DNA of 55,413 nt, the filler included, from Dirinaria sp. TL-2023a (Eukaryota): NCBI GenBank assembly GCA_051941275.1. It is 4 parts of 4 records of this genome, joined end to end, with 100 filler letters (N's around TTAATTAATTAA, not from the genome) between each part and the next. Parts side by side here need not be neighbours in the genome. Positions count along the whole stretch, not along the records: positions 41,646 to 55,413 come from JAVEBF010000656.1; 3 more parts are not named here. One strand, 5' to 3'. Under the pieces are notes generated by a model that was given only the letters and a program-made list of their open reading frames with translations, searched no databases and was not told the DNA's origin. Every line of letters starts with the position of its first letter. The first letter of the stretch is position 1. Below, one piece after another: positions 45,538 to 55,413 of the stretch. Both the position numbers and the translations under genes were made by a program.

Positions 45538-47531
45538 AATTCACGAATCTTCGTTGGCACTTTGCACGTGGAGGTAATAAATCGATATTCCGGTTTGGGT
45601 GTATGAACTTGAACATTAGGAATGTCGGTCTGGTGGGAAGGGAGAACCATGGGTTTTCCAAGGAACCGCAGACTTGGCCGGTACAATGTCTTTGTAGGAA
45701 AAACAAGGACGGGACAAAGAAGACAAAAAGATGATAAGGTGATTATGTTCGCTATCCTCAAAAGCTAGAACAAAGCAGTAAAACCCACTGAAAGGACCGA
45801 TCGAGCGCATTGTTTTGTGGGATCTGCCACATGACTGATTGGCCTCTGGAATCCACACAATGCTACTTTGGATAAGTCATTTCCCTAAGTGTGTCAGCAA
45901 AGCCCAAGCTCATGTCTCATAGCGAAATAACATCATCGCCTTTTCATTATCGACTTTTGACTATTAGTTGTAACCGCTGGGGTTGCTTGGCTTTTTTATG
46001 ACTGCATGTAGCAGCTATAATTTAAAGTCAGGGCTGTAGCAGATTGCGAGAAACCGTCGCCCATGATCGACGCTTTGTGCCGAGTATAAGAGATATCTAA
46101 TATGGGGCAACGTGTTATTACAACGCGCGAATCCATCCATCAGAGCTGATGGACTTTCGTTCACTGCTGTGTTTCCGGCATATAAGTATGCGAAGTACGC
46201 GAAAAGTGGTAAATGAGTGAATATATCAATGTTTGAACTCGACGCACTTACGGACCTGTAATTTGTGAAGACAAAGAAGTCTTTATAGATGATAAATCAC
46301 CAAGACCTGCAATGACGTTCGCTGATCCAGCGCATACTAAGAATTTCGGGTCTTAAAATGAAGCATGTGCAGGTCTTTAGATCACTGACGAAACAAGTCG
46401 CCTACGCCCGAATCGTTGAGCTATTGAGCCCAAGGAGTTTGTATGTTTGAGCTAATGAGCCAATTTGTGAAGGACCCACTCTGCTGAAAAGCAATCGCTA
46501 TTGCTTGCTTCAAAGGCACGTGCGTCTGCCATTGGCTCAGGCGAGCTACTCCAGAGGCAATGCTCGAGCACAGTTCCAGTGGCACCTGAAGGCCATTCAA
46601 TGTAGCTATATCATTAGGTTCTCACAACTTCCTCTTTGCGTAAAGTGAGAGTCATATTGATGGGAAGGTAGCGAGCATAGCTATAACGATAATGTAGGCC
46701 TTCGCGTTATAGACCCGAGGGTTATAAGGCGTAGAAGGTGAGACATTCGCTGTGCGCCGAGAGTAAGGAAGTTGAACCTTTATTGACCGAGCCTTGGAAG
46801 CTCGGCGCGACGGAACGATTCTAGGGCTTCAGGGCGGTTTTCATAATTCCCCACTCGTTTGCTTTCTTCAGGGAGCTAGTATAACTTCTTCAAGGATCTG
46901 ACTCCGGTGTGGTAAGGTGGCCCAAAAGGTGTGGAAGACTTCGATCGAGCGAAGGAGCGAATGATAGGTTGAGAATGTAGAGGTACGGCCACCAGCCTGA
47001 GTATCAAATTTGTACACAATCGATTCTTGAAGCGTGCATGCGCTGGTCTCGAAATCACCTTAGACGCAGCCCATCAGGAAGTAGCGAAGCAGCCGCCAGA
47101 TCGCATGAACTGGAAATAGTGCAGGTACAAGCGAAACGTCGTTCACCCATACGCGCGTGTGTAACCTTCGCGAATCTGCGACCCGTTCCGAGGACGGGCT
47201 CGGTAGATCTCACTGCTAGCTAAGTTAGGACGGCCAGACTGTTCCTATGCGCCTCATTCAGGTTGCATAACCTAGAATCCGCCTTTTGAGGCTTTCCATA
47301 TCCTTCGAAACCACTTACGCTAGGCAAGCCTCGAATATGTTGTTAGAGAGAGCAAAGATTGACGACAGAAATGGCAATGTGAGGCAATATAAGCTATAGT
47401 CGGTGCAGAGCTCCTTGTTATGCGGGATTTTTTGACTTTGCTTTTATCCCCCACATCTTAGCCTAGACGAATGAAGTCTGCAAGATGCGATAACCTGAAT
47501 ATGGGCGTCTTTTCGAACAAATGGATGCGAG

Positions 47532-48107
47532 TTATTCCGTGTCAGCTGGTACGATCTTGGATGCTTGCTTAATGCCACCAGCACCAACGTGACCATACGA
47601 AGAGTCGTAGACGCTTACTCCCATCTCATAGTATCCGTACATGCTCATAAAGAGCGCGATACCTCTTAGCATATTGGTCACGACCCCGTACGTCATGCGG
47701 AACGCAGGCTGACTATAGTCTTGGACCATGATCTCGACATTTCCATACTTCTGTACAAATTTGTTTCGAGGTAGAAAGCCGTCTTTTTTGGACGCAACAA
47801 CGGAAGCAAAAGCTGCACCTAGACCCTCGACGACGCAGAGGTCGGTTTCGGTCTGGGATAGAAGGCTTCCCCAGTCGGAGAAGGTGAGCGTGGTTTTTGT
47901 GCCAGGAACACGGAAAGACTTCAAGTCTCCAAGAGTACTTATTTCATAGCAATGCAGTCAGCAACATAGCTTCGCAATGCAGAGAGTGATTTACGTGAGA
48001 TTAGCAGGTAGATGCCCTAAACTTGCATTTGTGGCGGGAGGTGCTCCATTGACAAACGCGAACAAGAACCAAAGTACGAGGCAGTGCGTTGCCCCGAGAA
48101 AAGTCAT
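47532..48107 (-). CDS. Small secreted protein (2 exons)
   Basis: Signal peptide MTFLGATHCLVLWFLFAFVNGA. Intron 47994-47938 (GTAAAT...GCTGAC...TAAG) joins in frame to TLGDLKSFRVPGT...MTYGVVTNMLRGIALFM...GHVGAGGI. Confidence 0.8.
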
Positions 48108-49631
48108 GTCGAAAAGGGTTTCACAAATTCTATACACACCGGAAGCACATCTGCAAAGCCCGACACACGCGGAGGTTACATATCTTCTTTCTGTTGTCCT
48201 GAATGTGGGGGCTGCCCCCACGCTGCCCCCGCCACCACAGGGCGGATCAGATACCAGGCGACAGCCGCTCGTTGCGATAGATATTAATGGCATCAGAGTC
48301 GATCGAAGAGCTGCGTACGGAGGTCGACGCCATAATTCCTGGCTAGCGTCATGTACGCCAAGATCAGTCGTCCAGGGAACTACAGGTAGACTTTGTAGAG
48401 CCTGGGTAGCAAATTGGAACGCTCGGGTGATAATATTAGGTGGTCCTCTAGGCGACTTTCAGGTGACCCCACCTGTAGCATTGACCGCGCTAACCAGGAT
48501 TTATAGCGTCGACCTCCGTACTTTAGCTCTCACGATACTGCGGTGACGTAATTATTGATGCTCTCTTGCGATCTCTCGAATGATTCTGAGCTGCAAGCTT
48601 TCCAAGTAGTGCGTAAATTGGTTAGGAGAAAGTGTCTAGATGCCGTGGGTGCATGCCTTGCCTACATGCGACCTCGCGTAGAAACTATGCAGTCTCTTCG
48701 CACTAGATATAGAAGCATTTCTTATATATTGCATCTGCATTAGTATTGGCTCTAGGATTTTGACATTCCGATACAACTTGGGTCTTGATGTGATATGCTA
48801 TGTTCTGTAGCGCTTGTCGGGCTGAGATAGTAGGTATGGCATTCTGTGCATCGGATCCTCAAGTCAAGGTATCTAATAGTGACTCAGGCAGTGCTGAAAA
48901 CAATGTATGATAGTCAGATTAGATTGCACGATCGGTTCATTATTATCGCTGTAAAGAAGAGTGTGTCTGATGTGATCTCGGAGTACAGAATTTTCTGTCG
49001 GAGTTTACGCTATCGCTTAATGACGCGCTAGTACTGATCTGTTATGAGGCCTTTTCCGAGATTATCCCGAAACGTAAACATCAACCCAACATACTTTACC
49101 TATGATGCCATCAGGCAACGAGTAGTGGGTTGCCAGAGATGCACCTAAGAGGTCTAGATATTTCTCACAGGTGCTTCTTCTGTCCGGGGCCAATGAAGTT
49201 GGGCTTTGGTGCGGCATATAGCACCTTCTGCATTCCCAAGATTTCTCAACCGCATCAACATCCAAAACATTGCCCTTTTGGAGCCTCCTTTCAACATACG
49301 AGTATGATCTTACATCTGGACCTTTCTTCAGAAGCATTCGAGCCAACTCTTGCATTTGATACAAGCAAGTTGAGATACAGCTGACAATGCAAAGATGAGC
49401 ACGCGGGTTTTCAAGCGAACTTTTGATTGATACAATAGCATCTTTAACTTTTCGAGCTATGTATCATATAGAATATATCCTACCGCCAGGATAGAGTCTA
49501 GCACGCAAAGTCATACTGAAATCTCAGAGCAGACTCGGTTCGGTTATATTTTTTAAACAACGTCCAGCGTTCTCGAAACCTCTGATGAAGCCAGTCTCAG
49601 CTTGCAGGCATCTACAGTGCCGCCATCGGCA

Positions 49632-51253
49632 TCACTTCCATGGTGATACGGCTCCAGAGCCCCATGTCTTCAACGTATCAGTAGGCGCCTCCCCAGTAAC
49701 CTTAGGATTGTCAGTGATCTTGTGGCACAACGCAGCCTTTCCGCCCTCCCAATCTGCAAAGCAGTACCAGGCTTCATACCACAGCATACCGAGAAAGGAT
49801 GGGAACTGCTTCACCTCCTTCCACATCATCTCCGTGAGCGCTACCTCCTGCGGTATCTGGTCGTAGGTGAACGAAGTGCCATACTCGACCCCCAGACCCT
49901 GCAATTTGTATTGCCCCGCGAATGGGCCACTTGTGTGCTTTCCCCAAGTATCGGAGTAGCCTTGCATTTGAGTGAGGGTTGCCCTCAGTCGATTGAGTGT
50001 GGCGTTCTGGCTCGAGGCGGAGTTGATATCGGTGGGAGTCATTGGATCAGGGTAGGCAGAAAACCCCATGATGGTAAGCATAGTAGTGACGTTCTGCGCC
50101 AGGATATCCGCTGGGATAGGAGACGGGCCAGAGCAACTTGCTTTGTTGGAATCGACCAATGCAGACTGGCTGTGCTGGTTGGGGCCATGCACAAACTCCT
50201 CCTTCCATTGCACGTACTGGCCATGGGAGTGAAGTCCGTACCGGGTGGTTTCTGGGGAGAAGCCAGCTGCTGTTATGGCTTCATTGCAGGCGTTGATCTC
50301 CGCTTTGAGGTACCCTGTGTACTGAGGGTATGAGTTCATTAGTCCAGTTGGGATTTGCGCACAGAGTTCCTGATTGAGTTTCTCCTTGCTTGCTTTCCCA
50401 TCATCGGAACCTCGCGTGTGACCGGTCGACTCCTCCATAAAGAGAAAGCCGTCTGAACCCTCATTTTCAAGTAAGATGACATCTGGCACAATATTCGCAT
50501 CCAAAAAGGGCTGGAGCTGGCGTTTAGTCTCATTCTTGATGTCATCAACCATTTCCACGTAAGTAAAAGATTCTTGTTCCTTGGAGATGTTGAAACCTTG
50601 GTTGATAGTGAGTTCGAAACGCTTCATGCCTGCAGCTCGTGCTCTCTGAGCCATTTTGACCTGAAGGTCCAGACATCCCCAATCCAACTTAAAAAGCAAT
50701 TCGTCGCTCAGCGTAGTATCATTATTCATGAATTGAGTTGGCCCCAAACACTGACCGCGGGAAGCCTCCAAGCGGAAAGCATTTAAGCTAGCATCGCCAA
50801 AGGTCTTCACGGGATCTTTGACCGTCTTGCCATCAAAGTCGTAGAAGACACGACCAGGAATAGCTTCCATGCGTGGAAGGGTACCGATCGTTGCTCCAGC
50901 CCAGAACTCACCAATATGAGGGGCCGGGTTATCGCCTGTAGAGTTGGAGCTTGTAAAATTGTAGCCAGTGGAGCGTTTGTGGTGATGGCCCGCTATTGTG
51001 AGCATCAGCACCGGCGAATCGGACGCAAGAGGAAATAGTAAATAAGGAGACGAGGACCACTGGCTTCGGCATTGCAAAACATCTTCTCAAAGGCAAATCT
51101 ATGATAACAAGGAAAAAGAGAAACCTCTGCCTTCAGAGCCTCCAGACTGAAAATCGATCACTGCATACCATGTACAAGCGCCAGGGACGCATCAAATTGA
51201 AGTAGTGACAACGCAACAAGCGCAAAGGACGGTAAAATTGAGGAGAACCTCAT
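49632..51253 (-). CDS. Secreted clan GH-A glycoside hydrolase, divergent GH53 (endo-beta-1,4-galactanase)-like
   Basis: Signal exon MRFSSILPSFALVALSLLQFDASLA from ATG 51253, donor GTATGC; exact joining to the main ORF is unresolved. GH53-like motif order: DPVKTFGDASLNAFRL, MAQRARAAGMK, PDVILLENE, MGFSAYP, GVEY, GMLWYEAW. Confidence 0.7.
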
Positions 51254-52424
51254 GTTGGATGCGCACACGAAAAAGTAACGAGTAAAACAAAGAACGTAGG
51301 TGGTCGGTACTGCACCAAAAGAAAGAGATCGATACTATCCTTCATTTCTATTATGACGGACACTTTATCAAAATATTACCTGGGGGAATAAATAACGTTT
51401 GTGTGCCGTTCGTCCTGTATCATCTCCTCTCCTTAGCCTCGAACATTAGAACGTGTGAATGGCTTGATTTGTATGGAGCGGTTCTGCTGACGCTGGTGAC
51501 TAGTCGCGCTTGTAACCTAGTGTATCCTTATCCTCGCGGCTTGCCATAACTTTAATGACCTCGTTCCACGACTCAAGAAACATATCAAGGGTACCAAATA
51601 GAAATGTGCATCGAACGAAATAATTAGCACTATCGGATCACATTTGCCATCAAAAAGAAGTCTATCATTGTCGAAGCCTGTCGAGACTTCGCTCAATTTA
51701 CCTGATTGAGCCAAGCATTTGAGCCCTATATGAGCCCTGAACTATCAATTTGGCCAAACCACTTCGCCTAAGATACATGAATATACGACCCGAAGCCTTT
51801 GACTTTCGATATCGATGATGAAGATAGATTGCTTCAACCTATGATCTGAAATTTGCCCTCATCATATATACTCATCGTACGTTCCCTGGTAAATTTCATC
51901 CTTGAGCAAACTTTGACGGGAACCATCGCTAAATTTCGAGGGCTGTTGTTGAATTCATTAGAATCATTACCCAGAAAGACCAGGTTGGATTTAGTATTGA
52001 GTTGGCTCAGAGGCAACACTATCAACAGAAAGATGTGTACTCAAATTCGGTTTTTGTCTTCTCATCAGTGACATATGCAAAACCAGCGTCTTGTTCTTTT
52101 TATATCTATCGGTGGCCGATGTATTTCCTACGAGCTGTTTACGCAAGTCTGCAGTTGAGTGGAGGGTACAAGCGTGTTTTCTGGTCTCTATTCTACACGG
52201 TTTTCTTCTTTTCGTGTTATGCCCTTCCCCATCACGTACTCAGAGTCACAAATGTCTGCTTTTCAACATTCGCTTGCTTTTGCACGCAATAGTCATATTT
52301 CTCAACCTTTTGAAATGAGTCAAGGAGCAACGAGACACATAAAAAGGCCCAGCAACCCCTTGTAAACAAAAAAGTCAAACGCAACAAATCAATTCGGATT
52401 CCTTAACCAATCACTAAAGAGAAA

Positions 52425-52850
52425 ATGTCGTCCTCAAGCACCAAAGCCTTTTCAAATGCGCAGCTCCTGGAACACATCCTCCTTTATTTACCATGGGTGG
52501 ACCTCGTCAACGCGGCTCATGTGTGCAAAGCTTGGAAGAATGTTGCTCGTGGACCTCGATGCAGGCAGCAGATCACGTCGCATCTAAAGTGGCTCCACGA
52601 TAAGAAGTTTTCGAGTTTCAACCCCTACGATTAAAGTCTTTTGCGTCGATAAATTGGATTCTGGGGTTATATTAGGCCTTTTCAGTGCATGGAGAACGAG
52701 ACATCGTCTTCGCTTGCTATATTGAGGCCTATGACTTGGACTGGCTGTTAGGCATGGATGTCTGGGCAAAGAAAAGTATTTCGGGACCGCAAAGGTGGTC
52801 AATTACATGCTGGCATAGCCTTGGAACTGGATGGGTGGTGCATGAAAATT
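52425..52850 (+). pseudogene. F-box gene remnant
   Basis: F-box-like AFSNAQLLEHILLYLPWVDLVNAAHVCKAWKNV. Stop after 69 codons; downstream frames are all interrupted and I see no clear splice rescue. Confidence 0.5.
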
Positions 52851-52987
52851 GAAGCATTGAGCACATATGAGTCTATCGTGGATGACGGCGAACTGATATT
52901 TTATTAGCGCCTCCACTAATCTTATGAGATTCATCAAATATGCAGACCTATCTTCTCATTCCCCGCTTAGCACCCCGCCGTCTTCGC

Positions 52988-53647
52988 TCATAGCGTCTCA
53001 CTTACGCAGAATCCTTGCTCGCGCACTAAATTCTTTTCCTCCGACGTGTGCAAACCTCTAAAAGTGATCGTCTTTGGAGGTGGGAAAGATTGATGTCGCC
53101 TGTATATGGCAACTTGTGCATCAAGCACCTCCAGGAGAAGTCTCAACATCCTCCGTCGACAGCAGCATGTAGGACAATTTAGTCTATCGACGTCAAGTAC
53201 GGCCGAAGCGAAATCTGACACTTCCCACATAAAAGCGAGTTTGCTCTCCCAGGTCTCCCATAGGATATCCTCGGCTGCATTGTGCATATTAAAAACAATC
53301 GTTTTGGAAGCCGTGTCCGCACTCCGGTGCTCGCGACGTCGGACGGTCTCGTACCATTCTTTTGACTCGAAGTCATTTCGGTCAAGGACTATGAGCATGT
53401 TTCTGAATAGCTGCGCCCTGCGAAACCACAGCGAGTCGCCATTATGGAAAGGAATGTATTAGAGGTTTTTGGAAAGGATCTCGCTTATTACTAGCGTCTT
53501 AGCATGGTGTGGTAGAGAATGACGTAGGGGCAAGCTCGTGGAAACCTCGGAAGCGCTAGGCCGCAAGTGGCTGGAAGCCGAGGTAAGGTAAGGATTATCG
53601 CCGCTCTCCGAAGCATCAACCACCAACCATCTCAGCACCTGCTCCAT
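52988..53647 (-). pseudogene. Hypothetical gene interrupted by one in-frame TAA (53459-53461)
   Basis: Track ORFs 53459-53647 and 52988-53398 share a frame and are linked by 20 open codons: ...SKNL*YIPFHNGDSLWFRRAQLFRNMLIVLD...LDVDRLNCPTCCCRR. Confidence 0.55.
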
Positions 53648-54038
53648 CCTGCTCTCTGAAACCAGCTTCTTCAGGTAGGTGACATTTGTTCTTGTGGTTG
53701 CTCATATCTTGCACCTGCAAGGGCGCCGCCGCAGCCGATGAACGCGCTATCATGCCTGCTAGGCACAAAATAGGCAGTCGATTCTTTGTCCCTGACAGCG
53801 AGTCACATGTGGCACTCCAATCACCTGCTGTATCGGCGCCATATGCTCTGACGATCTCATAAACCTGCTGGCCGGGCCGCAGCTCTCCTATCCACCATGT
53901 TACAAGTATACGTAACTTAGTCCATACCCCCTACCACTGGAAGCCTAAGAAGGTACTGGCTCCGAGATGGGCTGCCTACAAAACGCCGCAGTTCCCCTGA
54001 ATTCTCACCTCTGCAACCTGCTCTCCAGATACGAAAGG

Positions 54039-55304
54039 ATGCCTTCCTTATACCCATCTCTGCGCTCCATCTCGAAGCTTGCGCTCGTCCAGCTGGCTTG
54101 TCCTTCTGTGCTTGGTGGCTCTCCTCCAACTTGCACCAACCCCCAAACCTCCTGCCAAAACAGCACTGCGGTAAGCGACACCTGCTGCTTCAATGCCCCG
54201 GGCGGACAGCTCCTGCAGACCCAATTCTGGGACTCCTCTCCCGCGACCGGTCCCAGCAACTCGTGGACAATTCACGGGCTCTGGCCCGACCACTGTGACG
54301 GAACCTACGATGCCAACTGCGATGCCAGCCGCGCGTACACCAATATCACGCAAATTCTTCAAGCGGCGGGCAAGACCGATCTGTTGTCCTACATGAACAC
54401 GTATTGGAAGGATGTAAATGGCAATGACGAAAGCTTTTGGGAACACGAATGGGGCAAGCACGGCACCTGCATCAGCACCCTCGAGCCGAAATGCTACACA
54501 GACTACACACCGCAGGAAGAAGTGGCCGATTTCTTCCAAAAGACGGTCGACCTGTTCAAAACCCTGAATTCCTACCAGTTCCTCTCCGACGCAGGCATCA
54601 CCCCGTCTTCGACCGCCACGTACACCTCGGCAGCTATCCTCGCAGCGCTGAAAAAGCCGCGAGGCGTCGACGTTGCGATCCAGTGCGAGAACACAAACGA
54701 ACTGGACGAGATATGGTATTTCTTCGACGTGAAAGGTAGCGTCCAGACAGGGACCTTTATCCCCACCGACCCGGACGGATCCAAGTCCGACTGCCCAGCC
54801 ACCGGCGTCAAATACCTGCCGAAATCCGGCTCCTCGCCTCCCACCACCACTACGACGACAACAGGAGGCGGTAGCCCGGGCCCGACCACAAGCCCAGGCA
54901 CGCCCTTCAGTGGGAAGGGGACTCTCCAAGTGACCACAGGCGGGAAAGCCGACGGCTGCATCATCAGCGCAGGAACGTGGTACACGACGGGCACATGCGC
55001 GACCTTCACAGCCGCAGCCTCAGGATCTGGATTCACTCTCACATCCAGCAAGGGAAAATGCGGCGTCGTCAACAATGTGCTCACTTGTGGTGCATCAGTC
55101 TCTTCCGCAACTGTTTTCTCGGTAAGTTGCTCCTATCCCTCTTTCTGAGCGTGCGTTAACCCCTTTTAGAACTCAAACGGGAACCTGGCCTACAACTCCT
55201 CCCCGAGCTTCTACGCAAGCAGTGCACCGGCTGGAAGCACCCAAGCGACCGTGAGCACGACGCAGGAGGCGACAAGCCTCACGATTACATGGAAAAGCTC
55301 TTGA
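54039..55304 (+). CDS. RNY1: Secreted ribonuclease T2 with Thr-rich linker and C-terminal domain (Rny1-like)
   Basis: CAS I WTIHGLWPD and CAS II FWEHEWGKHGTC. Signal peptide from ATG 54039. Intron 55122-55169 adds NSNGNLAY...LTITWKSS* (TGA 55302-55304). Confidence 0.95.
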
Positions 55305-55413
55305 ATCCTCGTGCATCAAATGGATGATGGCATAGATCTGCATTTGCAGCGCAATTGAATTTGGATTGATATACTATCGCAGATATATACACAAACGTCG
55401 GGTACAAATATAT

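Noticed and set aside
48600..49400. Ankyrin-like fragments on the minus strand (ARMLLKKGPDV, NNEPIVQ)
   Set aside because: Too short and broken by stops and frameshifts to support without a profile search; at most a heavily decayed pseudogene.

Overview
Filamentous-ascomycete (Pezizomycotina) nuclear DNA with short GT-AG introns. A lichen-forming lineage is plausible but is only inference. The window is not contiguous: it is four contigs (1-13791, 13892-27672, 27773-41545, 41646-55413; lengths 13791, 13781, 13773, 13768 bp, in descending order) joined by identical 100-nt N44-TTAATTAATTAA-N44 spacers. Contig 1 holds Byr4/Bfa1 (partial), XRCC4-like and three orphan secreted or membrane genes. 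Contig 2 holds a Usa1/HERP-like 3' end, RPS22 (with an intronic snR44-like H/ACA snoRNA and a structured 5'-UTR intron), a LysM protein, choline kinase, a histidine phosphatase and a Cas1p O-acetyltransferase. Contig 3 holds a partial P450, an aldo-keto reductase, a GPI protein, TBCE, COT1/CBK1 and HOM2. Contig 4 holds orphan or decaying genes, a divergent GH53-like hydrolase and RNase T2. The best candidates for something undescribed are (i) a ~310-390 nt structured non-coding element at 32695-33110 (-) with Pol III-type signals that I cannot assign to a known RNA family, (ii) a secreted precursor with KR sites, tandem six-Cys defensin-like modules and an exon missed by the ORF track, and (iii) a possible 18S-mimicking autoregulatory structure in the RPS22 5'-UTR intron.
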